This document shows, piece after piece, positions 47,198-61,282 of a stretch of DNA of 64,000 nucleotides. The stretch is taken from positions 32,860,001 through 32,924,000 of the forward strand of contig NC_091477.1 of the NCBI RefSeq assembly GCF_036971445.1. The letters run 5' to 3'. Source of the stretch: Narcine bancroftii. Its lineage: Eukaryota. Every line of letters starts with the position of its first letter. The first letter of the stretch is position 1. Position numbers and translations under genes: made by a program. The notes beneath the pieces are model-generated. The model saw only the letters and a list, made by a program, of their open reading frames with translations, ran no database searches and was not told the DNA's origin.

Positions 47198-49600
47198 GTT
47201 CAGATTTATTGTCAGAGTACATACATGGCATTGTATACAACCCTGAGATTCTTTTTTATTGCAGGTCGGGCAGTTTCCACTTATTGGTAGTACTAAAAAT
47301 TGGATTCAAGAAAATAAACATATATGATAGAGAGAAATGTAAATGAACAGACTACACAATGCAGAAAAATAAACGTTCAAGATTCCATTTATGTCATGTA
47401 ATAGGACAGAACATGTAATATTACATGAAATTGCCTTCTGCTGCCATAAGGCAGACGAAGAGTCACCATTAGTGTTGCAAGAGAAAAAGAAGGAAAAGAG
47501 AGTCCCCTCAGAGACAGAGTGTCCATGGATTCACCTACAGTGCTCCTGCAGCTGCACAGGCTCCTGTTCATTCATTGGCAACCTGAGATTCAGATCAAAA
47601 CCTCCAATGCAATCAGAAAGCTTTCAGCACCCAAGGCCCTTCGGGGGGCCTTCTTGCCCTTAGCACACTCTCGAATCCCAGCTCATGGTTCCCACGAACC
47701 AGGCTCCAGCAACCCGCAGCCCGTGCAGGTCTACCAATCACAATTTGCTAACAGCCTATGTGGGTCTGTAAGACACAGCCACTTGCTGGTCCGCTGCTGT
47801 GGTCACTGCCCTGTAGGGTTGCCTCCTCTGGATCTCCTTCACAGCAGCGTTGTTCCTCCCGTTTCTGGTGCCTGTACCAGTCAGCTGCTCCCTGGAGTCT
47901 GCAACCCTCGTGGCCATCGCTGAGCACAGGTGCCACCATCTTTGGCGCAAACCGAATTGTTGCAGCATTTTAAAATAAAACACCGTCAGCTCATTTAATA
48001 GGCCATTAAAAAGCATTAGGACTGAGCGGTCAAACCCTTCACAGACGCGCAGTATCACCACTCTCCTGAATCTGCACCAGCAGCACCGCCATTTAAAAAA
48101 AATGTGAAAGTAAGAATCCTTAAACAAGTCTCTGATTGAGCTTGTTGTTGAGGAGTCTGATGGTGGAGGGGTAGCAACTGTTCCTGAACCTGATGGTATG
48201 AGTCTTGTGGCACCTCTACCTCTTTTCCTGATGGCAGCAGTGAGAACAGTGCACGTCCTGAGTGGTGTGAATCCTTCATGATTGCTGCTGCTCTCTAACG
48301 GCTTCATTCCATGTACATTTTCTCGATGGGAGTTTTGCCTGTAATGTCCTGGGTTGTGCCCACTACCTTTTGCAGGGCTTTCTGCTTAGAGGTATTGGTG
48401 CCCCCATACCAGGCCATGATGTAACCGGTCAGCATACTTTCCATCAAACATATGTAGAAATTTGCCAGTTTCTGATGTCGTGCCAAATCTCCTCAAATTC
48501 CTGAGCAAGTAGAGGTGCTGTAGTGCTTTCTTCGTAAAACCATTTGTGTGTTGGGTCCAACAAAGATCCTCCAAAATAGAGACTCCCAGGAATTTAAATT
48601 TGCTCACCCTCTCCAAGTCTAATCCCTCAATGATCACTGGATTGTACAGCTCTGGTTTTCTCTTTCTAAAGTCAACAATCAGCTCCTTGGCTTTGGTGAC
48701 ATTAAGTGCAAGGTTGTTGTGGGTGCACCATTCTGCCAAGTTTTCAATCTCCCTTCTGTATGCTGACTCATTGCCACTTTTTGTACAACTCACTACCATG
48801 GTTTCATCAGGAAACTTGTAGATGGTGTTGTTGTCGTACTGAGCCACACAGTCATAAGTGAAATGCGAGCAGAGAAAAGGGCTAAGAACACAGCCGTGTT
48901 ATGCTCTAGTACTGATGGAGATTGTGGAGATGTTCTTACCAATCCTCACTGATTGTAGAATGGAGGTGAGAAAATCCAGGATCCAATTACACAGTGGGGT
49001 GTTGAGTCCCAGGTCTTGGGAGTTTGCTGATCAGTTTTGAGGGAATGACAGTTTTGAATTCCTAACTGTAGTTGATAAAGAGCATTCTGATATATGCGTC
49101 TTTGCTGTCCAATTGTTCTAGGGCTTCATGTAGAGCCAGTGACCTATTGCTATCATGGGCAAATTGGAATGAATCCACATCACCAGTCAGACAGGAGCTG
49201 ATATGCTTCTACATCAATCTTTCAAAACTCTTTATCACTGTGAATGTGAGTGTCACTGGTCGGTAGTCATTTTGAAAAGTTACCACACTCTTCTTGGGCT
49301 CTGGTACGATTGTGGCTTGTTTGAAACAGATGGGTGCAATGCCCTGATGGAGTGAGATGTTGAAAATATCCGTGAATACACTGGCAAGTTTGTCAGCACA
49401 GATTTTCAGTACTTAACTGGTTACTCCATCTGGACTGGATGCTTTCCTTGGATTCACTCTCCTGAAGGCAGCATGCATGTCATCCTCAGACACTAACAGA
49501 TGAGGATCATCAGGAAACATGGGGGTGTGCAGTAGTTCTTCTTTGCTCTGGTGGTCAAATCAGGTGTAGAAGGTATTGAGTTCATCTGGGAATTAAGCTT
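47198..49600 (-). mobile_element. Rex/Babar LINE 3' half, same family as 41530-43206, interrupted at about 47378-48100
   Basis: NTIYKFPDETMVV...LALNVTKAKELIVDFRK...FKFLGVSI; tail at 47198 is the reverse complement of the tail at about 43100-43206. Confidence 0.88.
47378..48100. mobile_element. Unclassified ~700-bp interspersed repeat; second copy in the same orientation at about 49632-50390
   Basis: Both start CAAGATTCC..T..GTCATGTAATAG..C.GAACATGTAATATTACA and share AGGCCCTTCGGG.GC.CTTCTTGCCCTTA. Confidence 0.65.
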
Positions 49601-51544
49601 TGCTGTCTCCTACTGCCCCAGATTTGATTTTCAAGATTCCTTTATTGTCATGTAATAGTACTGAACATGTAATATTACACAAAATCACCTTCTGCCTGCC
49701 ATAAGCCAAACAAAGAGTTCCCATTAATGTTGCCCAGTGCCCTTTACTGTAAGAGAGAAAGATAAGGAGAGTCCCTTCATAGTCAATGAATGTCCATAAA
49801 TCTGCCTCCAGTGTTCCCATAGCCTCTGCAGATGCACAAAATCCCTTTCGATTAATCGGGAACCCAAGTTTCAGATCCAAACCTTCAACACCTGAGGCCC
49901 ATCAGCACCCGAGGCCCTTCGGGAGCCCTTCTTGCCCTTAACACCCTCTCAAATCCTGGCTCCAATTCTTGGTTTACATGAGCCACTTTCCAGCAGCCCA
50001 CAGTCTGTGTGGGCTCCCCAATTGCAAGTTGCCTGCAGCCAATGTAGATCCCTCAGTTGCTGAGCCCCTTGCTGGTCCACTGCCATTGTCACAGTCCTGA
50101 GGGTCGTCTCCTCTCCTTCTCAACACGGGAGGGAGGGGTGGGTTCTTCCTGCTTCTGGTCCCGTTCCTAGAGCCTGCAACACTTCACAGCTGCTGTCAAG
50201 CGCAGGCTTCACCATCTTGTGGACAGTCCTCCGTGGTTGCAAGATTTTACTTATAAACCATCGTTGGCATTATGAGCAGGCAGTTGAAAATAAGTTTGGA
50301 GCAGCGCTGTGTCTCTGCTCCCCTGGGTGTGCACCAGCGGCACCACTACTATATCAGCATCTCTGGCAGTGCCGCCACTTTAATTTTGGTAGCAGGTTAT
50401 GTCATTGGGCCCCATCAAAGCTGTAGGGTATCCTTCATTGCTTCCATTCAAGTTCTTTGTCATACCTCGATGAAGGGTTCAGGCTTGAAACATTTGTTAT
50501 ACATCTTTGCCTCCTATGGACACTATGGGACCAGCTGAGTTCCTCCAGCAATTTTGTGTATTTACTTGAATCACAGCATCTGCAGACTTTCTAGTTTCAC
50601 AAAGAATAAAGTTAACCTTGTTGATCTTTAAGAGGCCATATGTGGAGTCACAGGAGATGGGTGAGGTCCTAAACAAGTATTTCTCATCAGAAATACAGAG
50701 GCAAGGGAACTCAAGGAAGTAAACATTGATGACTTGAAGAGTGTGCATGTTACAAAAGAGGTGCTGGAGGTCCTAAAAAGCATAATGGGAGATTAATTTT
50801 AAAGATTCACCAAACTCTGAATGAAGAAATTTCTCCTTATCTCTGTTTTAAATGGGCTATCCCTCATTATGACTGTTACACTTGGTTGTAGACACCTCAC
50901 TCAGAGGAATACCTAGCCTGAAAGAATGGTATCTCCCTTAATTTTCATAAACTCTTAAGTCAAGTCATCACCTTTATTTAACATAACCACTAATAGTAAA
51001 AACCAGATATTGTTTCTCCTGGGCCATTAAGCAGATTTACACAAATAGGAATTAACTAATAAGTTATAATACAATTTAAAAAATACATATACTAGCACTT
51101 ATGTTCTAGGAATTGAGGAGCCTGATGGCTTGGGGATAAAAACTATTGCACAATCTGGACATGTTGTCCCAATACCTCCTTCCAGATGGCAAAAGGGAGA
51201 AAAGTTTACAAGAGGGGTGTGTGAAGTCCTTCACAATGCTATTTGCCTTCTGCATGAATCGTGCATTGTAGATGTCTGCCATGGTAGGAGGAGAGACCCC
51301 AATGATCTTCTCCACTGATTTCACTATCCTCTGCAGAGTCTTACAGTCTGAGGTGGTACAGTTTCCAAACCAGGTGGTGATGCAATTGCTCAGAATGTTC
51401 TCAATACATCCTCTGTAGAATGTAGTGAGGATGGAGGGTGGGAGATGAACTTTCCTCAGCCTTTGCAGGAAGTAGAGTCACTGCTGGGCTGTCTTGGCTA
51501 TGGAGCTGGTGTTGAAGGACCAGATGAGATTCTCTGCTGTGCAA

Positions 51545-53570
51545 GCTCTTTTCATCTCCCTCCCTCCCACATTTAACACATAACTAACCACAGTTACACA
51601 TAACATTCAAGACACTCACAACGAAGGTACAAGACATATATCAGGGTTTTATGGGTTTGTCACGACATGGCGGCCAGTGCTCAGGGTGTTTTTTACTCTT
51701 GACTTTTCCTGGTTGGGATGGGATGGAACCCCCCCACAGCTTGGACAATGAGTTTGCTGGGACTGTCAGTATGTCATCAGCAAATAAAGAGATTTTATGT
51801 TCTTCCTGGCCTACTCTAAAACCCTTGATGTCTGGATCCTGACGAATGGCTTTGGCTAGTGGCTCCATGACTAACACGGACAGGGCAAGAGATAGCGGGC
51901 GCCCTTGTCTACTTGATCTTGTCAGTGGGAAAGGTGGAGAAATTTGTCCATTGGTCACTTTAGCCTTGGACACATGGTATAGCACCCTTTTCCAATTTAT
52001 AAAAGTTGGCCCTAATCCCAACTTTTCCAGCACTTTGAATAAGAAATCCCACTCCAATCTGTCAAAAGCCTTTTCCACATCCAGAGCCACAGCTAAACCT
52101 CTCTTGTTTCTAGAAGTGCCAGATGCATTATACTCAACAATCTGCCAATGTTATCCGCTGCCTGTCTTTTTTGCACAAAGCCCACTTGGTTTTTATTTAT
52201 TAGTTTTGGTAGATGTTTCACTAATTGATTTGCCAGGGCTTTGATCAGTATCTTATAGCCTGTGTTGAACTGTGTCTATAAGAACATGGCGTTAACAGAT
52301 ATTTGTCTTTTTTAAGGATCATCGAAATGATTGCTGTCGAAAAAGATTCCAGGAGAGAATGGTTTCCATTGCCTGGTCTACCATCTCCATAGAGAGAGGC
52401 ATCAGTAAATCCTTAAATTCCTTACAAAACTCAGGTGGAAACCCATCCTCCTCTGGAAATTTGTTAGTCTGCACTGAATTCAATGGTTTCTCTATCTCTT
52501 CTGTAAAGGGAAAATCTAGGCCTTCCTGTTCTTCTGGGTCTAAATTTGGTAATTTGGTAATTCTACTTTAGACAGGAACTCACTGGCTGTATTGGACCTT
52601 CCTGATTTATTTAAACCAGTGTTTCTCAATCTTTTTCTTTCTGCTCACATAACACTTTAAGAATTGCCTATGTCTGTGATTAGTCAGGGATTGCTTAAGG
52701 TGATATGTGGATGGAAAGAAAAAGTTTGAAAACCACTGTTTTAATCGTACCTAATTGACCCGTTATGTGTACAATTTCATAACTCCAAAGGAAATGGGAT
52801 AATGACAATTTTTCTCAAACAAAATGTTTCTTCAACAATTAGGTCTAGATCAGTTATTCTCAACCTTTCCTTCCACGTACCACCTTAAGTTATCCCTTAG
52901 GATAAGTGCCACAGAGCACTTATGGCATAGGGATTACTTAAAGTGGTATGTGAGTGGAAAGAAAAAGGTTGAGAACCACTGATATAAACCCTCATAGAAT
53001 TCCATGAAGATCTCATTAGTCTCTATTGGTTTATGGGTGATCCTGCCATTCCCAGTTTGTACCACATTGATCGTCCTGGAGGCCTGTTCTGTCCTCAACT
53101 GCCAAGGACTTTGTGGGCTCTCTCTCCCAATTCGTAGTATTTTTGATTTGACCACATTATGGCCTTTTCGATTCTATAGGTTTGGAGCATATTGTATTTC
53201 AGTTTTTATTTCTTAAAGCCCTGTAAATGGTCCTCTGAATCCAAGTTTTGGAAATCTCTTTCGAGACAAGTAATTTCCTGTTCTAATGTATCCACCTCCT
53301 TCATGTCGGGTCACTGCCCTATCATCAGGGCTCTGAGCCCACCACCTTAAGCGCTTCCCACGCCACCTTGTGGGCTGATTTTACCTTCACAGTTCGACAC
53401 TGTTCTGGACACTGTATTTTGTGGATAAGAGTTCTTCCCATCTTCTGGTAGGGGTTTATTTTTTCATTTTATTCTTTTAATATCTTTTAAATTCAATTTT
53501 TAGGTGTTTCTTTTGTCTTGATCCAGGAGCTCTTGGGGACATGTCCTACTCCTCCTATCGCATCACATGA
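51545..53570 (-). mobile_element. Internally deleted L1-clade LINE
   Basis: ALDVEKAFDRLEWDFL...RQGRPLS...HKISLFADDIL. Confidence 0.85.
52617..52981. mobile_element. Composite hAT MITE (two hairpin units plus a 112-bp spacer)
   Basis: Units 52617-52738 and 52851-52981 with CAGT..TTCTCAA/TTGA.AACCACTG TIRs; outer 8-bp TSD ATTTAAAC/ATATAAAC (7/8). Confidence 0.78.
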
Positions 53571-54295
53571 CCAAAACTTTGTACTCTTGATGACCGCAAT
53601 GGTGGAGCTGTCAATGGTCAGTGGAGAGTGATCCCCTCGGGCCCTCCTGAAGTTGACAACCATCTCTTTTGTTTTATTCATTCAAATGCAGGTTATTGGC
53701 TCTGCACCAGTCCATTAGTGACTGCACTTCATTTCTGTACGCTGACTCATCGTTCTTGCTGATTAGGCCCTCCACAGTCATATCATCAGTTAACAATGAT
53801 GTGGTTTGAGCTGTGTTTTGCTGCAGTCATGAGTCAGCCGGACTAATCACATAGCCCTGGGGAACACCACCCCCCCCTCCACCCCACCACCCTACGTGCT
53901 CAGAGTAATGATCTTGGAAGTGCTGTTTCCGATCTAGACTGCCTGAGGTCTCCCGATCAGGAAGTCAAGAATCCAATTGCAGAGTGAGGTGTTTAGGCCA
54001 AATAGGCTCAATTTCTCTATCAGCTACTGAGGTATGATTGTGTTGAATGCCGAACTGGTCAATAAACAGCATTTGAACATACGTGCCATTATTTTCCAGA
54101 TGGGTGAGGGCTAGATGGAGGGTGGTGGGAATGGCATCATCTGTAGAGCGGTTGGATCTATATTCAAACTGCAGGGGGTCCAGTGATGGGGACAGCAGGA
54201 ACTTGTACCTGACTAGACTCTCGAAGCACTTCATGACTGTAGATGCGAGTGCAACACGGCAGCAGTCATTGAGGCTGGACACGTAGCTGGAGGCT

Positions 54296-57200
54296 TGTAG
54301 TGGCCCTATGGCGGCACTACAACTCCCAGGAGGCATTGAACTGGCCATGTGATGTCATTGTGTGATTCTGGCTTTTAAAAGGTTGCACGGGTGATGAAGA
54401 GTAAATCTGTAAGATTCACTCTAGAAATGCCTCATGTGGTTATTTTGTCGTGTCCACTGCAATTCCAGTGGCCATAATTGGTGACCCCAATGAGTCAAAA
54501 AACATATTTTTGGACAATCATGGACTCTGCAGCTGTTGCTGTGAAGTTACCATCTTTCTGGACAGCTGAGCCTGAACCGTGGTCCCTTCAGGCTGAAGCA
54601 CAATTTCACTTTTGCGAAGTCGAATTGGTCACCACTTGTTATTACCATCTTGTCAGTGCCCTGGACCTGGCCATAGCTAAGAGGGTCGGCAATTTCCTAC
54701 GGGATCTACCACATACCATCAAGTATGACACTTTGAAAGTACTTTTATTACGTGTATACGGCATGTCCCATAGGTGAAAGGGCAGTCAAACTACTACATT
54801 TTGTGGGTTGGGAGGCTGCACCCCATCAGAACTAATGCATCAAATGCTGTTCCTGGCAGCAATAGGCCCAATATGCTATTCGAGCAGGTCTTTTTAGAGT
54901 GAATGCCAGATGATATTAGGATCTTGTTATCTGAGTGTTCATTTGAAGACCCAAGGCTGTAGCAGCAGAGGCAGACATTCTATGGCCAGCTAAAAATCAC
55001 AGCAAGGAAAGACAAGTCTGCACAACCAATCCCTCCTACACTGACCCCATATCACAGTCCAGTGCCCTTAGCACATCACTCCCTACAAGCAGACAATGCC
55101 CCAAGACAAGCTAGGAGCCTGTGGATACCTCACCTTGGTTATTATCACAGGCGTTGGGGAGTAAATGCCCGCAAGTACCTTCCACCCTGCCCGTTTGCAG
55201 GAAACGCCCAGGCCAACCGTCAGTAAGGGCAGCAGCAGTTGGCAAGAAACCTGCAAGCATTCTATATGTATGCCACTGGTTGTCCCAATTAAATTTTCTG
55301 GTGGACATGGGTTCAGAAGTTAGTGCATTTCCAGCCACCAGTTTTGACACATACCTGCAACTATGAGCAGTTAACAGTTCCAACATTCTGACCTTTGGCA
55401 CCAGGAAGATGAATGTTAAGTTCGAGAATCATCTCTACACTTGCCCATTTTTTACAGCAGCAGTAACCCGACCTTTGCTTGGTGCAGATTTTCTTCAGGC
55501 TCATTCATTCCTCAATGACTTAAGAGGGCGTCGGCTAATAGATGGAACTACTTTTCAGACTATTCCTCTGGCAGATGCCTATACCCCTGTTCTACATCTT
55601 CAAACATTGAGTAAACCAGCAGATGAATTCTCAAGCTACAAAATTTCCCTGAGATTTGCAAAGCATAATGTTACTCATTGCATTTGTACTAAGGGCCCTC
55701 CTATCCATGCTAAAGCGCGCTGCTTGCCTCCAGAGAAGCTGCGTTTAGCTAAGGAAGAGTTTGCCAAGATGGAGGAACAAAGACATAATTTGTATGTCTG
55801 ACAGTCCCTGGGCATCTCCATTACAAATGGTCCCGAACCACAATGGAGCTTGGCAACCTTGTGGAGATTACAGGCAGCTTAATGACACTACCATCCTGGA
55901 TCATTACCCAATATCTCATATTCAGGATTTCTCAGCTAATTTGCATGGAGCGAAGATTTTCTCCAAAATAGGCTTGGTGTGTGGCTATCACCGAGTACCA
56001 GAAGAGCGAAAAGACATTCTAAAAACAACAATAATTAATTACCCGGGTGGGTTATTTATGTGATGATACACTGCGGTACATCACTCAGCCAACAGGTGGC
56101 CTAGAGACACAGCTCCCAGCCTAATGACATCCGACCACCAACTTCCGCACTAGAACCCCACAGCAAATAGCACAGGACCTGATGAGGGACACATTGGTGG
56201 TGGGGGTCCGGTCAAACGAAATACGCCAGCGGCTGTTAGAACAAAGCACGGTGTCCCTGGAAGAGGCTGTGAGAGTGGCAGAGCCGATGGAGACAGCTAG
56301 AAACAACCTTGGGAAATACCTCCCCGACCATAGTGCCAAGCCCCCCACTCCAACACTGATAAACTCGCTGACACCACGCCAAGATCGGGCCGATAATGTG
56401 GAGACGACAAAGGCTGCAGCAATGGTGGTTCAGCCACGGGCGACCTGTAGATGCCAGTTCTGCAGCCAAAACTCCCACCCCAGGGCACGCTACCCAGCAT
56501 TACTGCTTGAAATGTAGAAAACGAGGCCATTTTGCTCGGGTCTGTAGGAGCCCGTGGGCGACCACCAAGACCCATTATCATGTAAATGGGCGGCAGGAGA
56601 GCTCTGCTTATTCCCCAGGTCAGCCAGGAAGGAACACCTTGTGTGCCCAGAGGGTGTGGCCATCTTGGACTCGGGATCCAGAGGAGGAGTGCCACTGCTA
56701 CGGAGACCACGAGGAGACCGAGGATGCACACTGGCTTCCCTCAGGATCAATCAGGTGAGTCCATAGAATTTGTTAGAGGCTATGGTCTCCGTACAGTTGA
56801 ACGGGTTGAAATTTAAATGTCTGTTGGATAGCAGTAGTACAGAGAGTTTCATAGAGCTGAAATTATCCAAAGACCATGGGTTCCTCATATACCCCAGCAA
56901 CAGGCAGATTCTCCTAGCCTCCAAAACCCACTCAGTGGAAGTAAAGGGTGGTGACACTAGACATTAAAGGGAGGGAGTATAGAGACTTCTGTCTGCTGGT
57001 CCTGGAACAGCTCTGTGCCCCGGTGCTGTTGGGATTAGACCCAGTGCCAGCTGGAGAGCTTCACGGTCATCCACAACAGACCACAGCCCCCACTAGTGCT
57101 TACGAGCCAAAAACGCTGTGCGCTATCAGTCCTTAATATCGAGCCCCCCTCCTTATTTACCCACCGCACCCCAGACTATAAACCCATAGCCACAAAGAGC

Positions 57201-60200
57201 AGGAGGTAGGCCACAGAGACAGAACTTTTATTAAAATGGAGACACATTACAGCCAGACCATTAATAAGTTCACACAGCTGGACGCATACCCTATCCCCTG
57301 GATTAGCAAAATGGTGAATACGATAGCCCAGTCTTCTCCACCATCGACCTCAAGGCTGCATATCACCAGGTGCCCATCAGAAGGAGCGACAGGCCCTATA
57401 TGGCGTTTGAAGCCAATAGCCGACTCTATCAATTCCTCCCACTCCCGTTTGGAGTCACTAATGGGGTATCACTGATCCAGAGGGAAATGGACTGACTGGT
57501 GGACAACTACCGCCTGGAGGCTGTTTTCCCGTATCTGGACAATGTTACCTTCTGCGGGCACTCGGTGAGCGACCACAACGCAAACCTAAAGAGATTCCTG
57601 GAGGCAGCCAAAGACTGTCCTTCTGATACTAAAGTCAAAGGACCTCCCAGTATCCAAGTGGCAGGAAGTGTTACCCGAGACATTATACACGATACGGTCG
57701 TTATTGTGTACTGCCACGAGCATGACCCCACATGACAGATTTTTCTCTTTCACAAGGAAATCAGCCCCGAGCTTGGAGGTGACACATTGGATGATCTCAC
57801 CAGGCCCGGTGCTGATCAAGAAACATGGCCGAACACATAAGACGGGCCCACTGGTCGAGAGGGGAGAGCTGATCCACATGAACCAGAACCACGCGTTTGT
57901 GACATTCCCCGACGGCAGAAAGGACTCCATCTCCATGAGGGACCTTGCGCCGGCTGAAGAAGGAGGAAGAAGAGAAAGAACCAGAAGAACCCAGCCCGAC
58001 CCAATCGACATCCCGTCAGCACACCTCCAAGTACCCACATCCCCCTCAGCCGCACCATGGAGGATGAATACCACCCCCCTGGGGACCCCCAACCCACCCA
58101 GTATACCCACAACATCTGGCCGAATGACTGCCACCCCCCCCAGCCCAAACCACACACCCTCCCTAGGATGTCCCAGAGAGTGCGGAAACCAATGGTATGC
58201 CTGGACTTGTGAGCAATACCAGGACTTTTTTTTAAAGGGGGTGAATGTGATGATACGCTGCAGTACATCACTCAGCCAACAGGTGGCCTAGAGACACAGC
58301 ACCCAGCCTAATTACATCCGACAACCAGGTGGGCCCAGAGGGCCCATGGTATAAAGCCGAGGTCCCGACCTTGCTCGTTCTCTCTCTCTCCTCTCTCCGG
58401 GATCACTGCAAGCACAGCTAGCAGCCAACTGGATCTTTATGTTAGTGGAATAAAGCTGTGTTGTCCCAAACAGTGTTGTGCCTAGGATTTCCTTTGGTGC
58501 AGCCTGCCACAATTTGAATTTTGCAAATGCCATTCAGATTAAAGAATACCACTCAAATCATTTCAATAGGCTTTAGGACATGCTTTGACCAATGTCTTCA
58601 TTTACCTCAACGACATTTTAGTGGCCATTGGGACTAAAGAAGAACATTTGGAACATCTTCGTACACTTTTTATTCGTCTTCAAGAGTTCAAGAGTTTGGA
58701 CTGACCATCAATCCAAATAAATGCATTTTTGGACAAGAAATTAATGATTTCTTGGGGTATAGGATTTCTCAGTAAGGCGTGACTCTGCTGCCATCCATAG
58801 TTGAGGCCATTACTCAAGACCTGCTACGGTTAAAAGCATGCAGAAATTCTTGGGAATGATTCATTTTTACCATCGTTTTTTTCTGGGAGCAGCTCTTATC
58901 ATGAAGCATCTTTTTGATTTACTGTCCAGAAGAGGGAAACAATACCTTCTTAAAGACAAAAGATTTGCTGACCCATGCCATTACGCTCAGCTACCCAGTT
59001 TTAAATGCAACCACCATCCTTTTTACAGATGCTTCCAGTATGGCCGAAGGAGGTGCACTTCATCAATATATCAACAGGCAATGAAAACTGTTAGCATCCT
59101 TCAGCCCCATCTTCGTGAAGCACAGAAGAAATACAGTGCTTTTGAGAAGGAGCTTTTGGCCATTTACATGTCTATTCGACACTTTTGTTATTTTTTGGAT
59201 TACTGTGTACATCAACCACAAGCCCTAACATTTACATTTTCCAATGTCGCAGAGCCCTGGTCAGCTTGACAACAATGGCAATTAACATTCATTTCAGAAT
59301 TCTCCACAAAAATACTACATTTTTCTGGAAAAGACAGTGTAGTAGCTGATACACTTTCCCGCTCTGCTCCACTCGGGATTTAGTCTGGAGGTCAAGGTAT
59401 TGACTCCACAGCCTTGGCCACAGCCCAAGAATATGACCATGAGACAAATGCTTATCAGACTGCAATCACGAACCGGCTATTGAAAGATGTCCATTTTGGA
59501 ATTAATGGCAAACTACTCCTCTGTGATACATCGTCAGGACACCCATGCCCAGTAATTCTGGTAGTAAGCAGGTTTACGAGGTCATGCCTATGGTAGATGC
59601 TACTGCAGACACGTGCTCAGGCATTCCTCAGTTCTTGAGTGTCGTTTTGGTTTACTGGCACATGTTACTTCGGATAGATGACCACAATTTACTTTCTTGT
59701 TGAGGACAACAATTTATCAGACGAATGCTTATCATCCCCAGGCAAATGGAATGGTGGAAAAATGTCATCAACATCTCAAGTCAGCCTTGATGGCTTGATT
59801 AGAGGGCCCAAACTGGGCTGATGAGTGGCCCTGGGTATTACTGGGCATTAGAACAACTCCAAAGGAGGACCTCCAGGCTTGTGTACGGCACACCATTGGT
59901 GGTTCCAGGGGAGTTTGTCCCCTATCATTCCAACTCCAGTGATGATCCTAAGGAAGTGTTGAGCAAGCTAAGGGAGACCATAGGAAAATTGACCCGTCAC
60001 ACAGAAAACACTTCTTTTGTGCGTGAAGACCTCAAAAACGGCCGAATATGTCTTTATCCGAAAGGGAATACTTGGTCAACCTTTACAGATGCCCTATGAA
60101 GGACCTTATAGGATACTCAGACAAACAAGGTCAACCAGTATTTTGGACATTGGAGGGAAGCCACAGTCTTTCACCATTGACAGGCTTAAACTAGCTCATG

Positions 60201-60508
60201 TGGACAAGTCTTCCCCACTGCAGCAGCGAACAGTCCGTCACAGAGGTCAACAACCTAAAAAAAAGATGAACCTTTCTGTCGGTTCTGGTGTGAGGGTGGG
60301 GGAGGGCGGCGCTATGGCAGCACTACAACTCCTAGGGAGGCATCGAACCAGCCATGTGACATCAGTGCGTGATGTCGTCAGCACGTGTTGAGCACGTGAT
60401 TCTGGCTTTTAAAAGGTTGCGCGGGTGATGAAGAGTAAATCCGTTTGATTCACTCTAGAAACGCCTCGTTTTTATTTTATCGTGTCCACTGTGATTCTAG
60501 TGGCCACA
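54296..60508 (+). mobile_element. CsRn1-like Gypsy retrotransposon, both LTRs present, decayed gag-pol
   Basis: LTRs about 54296-54476 and 60306-60508; PBS TGGTGACCCC 54479-54488 (tRNA-Trp); gag AVKLPSFW..QAEAQF; protease FLVDMGSEVS; RT; RNase H KYSAFEKELLAIY; integrase with PYEGPY; purine tract before the 3' LTR. Confidence 0.92.
56059..58511 (+). mobile_element. Second Gypsy element nested in the RT of the CsRn1-like element; internally deleted
   Basis: 5' LTR start TGTGATGATAC (truncated at about 56140); full 3' LTR 58246-58511 (TG..CA); PPT AAAGGGGGTGAA; TSD ATTTA/ATTTG; zinc knuckle CLKCRKRGHFARVC, protease LLDSSSTESFI, RT YLDNV, integrase tail PGPVLIKKH. Confidence 0.9.
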
Positions 60509-61282
60509 CACTGATGACTTTTTTTGGCACGGGGACAATGGTGGCAGCTTTGAAGCACAATGGAACCATGGCATTGCTCAGGGAGATGTTAAAGATGTCG
60601 GTGAGAACATCTGCCAGCTGAGCCACACATCCCCTGAGCACTCTGCCAGGAATGTTATTCAGATCAACAACTTTCCATGAGTTGACCTTGCCTAACACTC
60701 TCCTCACATCAGCCACTGTAAGACACAGCACCTGATCCTTTGAAGGAGAGGTGGTCTTCTTCACAACCACATTATTTTTTGCCTCAAAGTTATTCAGTGC
60801 ATCTGGGAGAGAAGCATCACCAGCGCAGCCAGATAACATAGTCTTTTGGTTTGTGATATCTTGAATGCCCTTCCACATGCGTCACATGTCCTTGCTGTCC
60901 TGAAAGTGACAAAGAATTCACTAGGCATGTGAATGCTTTGCCTCCCTGATGGCCTCAGACAGCTTGGCTCTCACAATAGCTAGGGATATCTTGTCACCCG
61001 CTGTGAAGGCAGACTCTCAGCTCCTCAGAAGCACATACACCTCTGCAGTCATCCATGGCTTCTGAATAAAGCGAATAATGATGGTCTTGGGCACAATTAT
61101 GTTGTCAGTACACTTACTAATGTAGCTAGTCACTGATGCCATACCCTCCTCCAGGATGATGCAGTTGCCATCAGTTGCTGCTTCCTTGAACATATGCTAG
61201 TCAGTGAGTTCAAAGCTGTCCTGAAGTGCATGAATGACTTATGCTGGCCAAGTTTTAACCCATTTCAGAACGGATCTAGAGT

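Noticed and set aside
57586-58291. Overlapping 150-207 aa ORFs on both strands
   Set aside because: Integrase tail of the nested Gypsy and its antisense shadows; no sign of a domesticated gene
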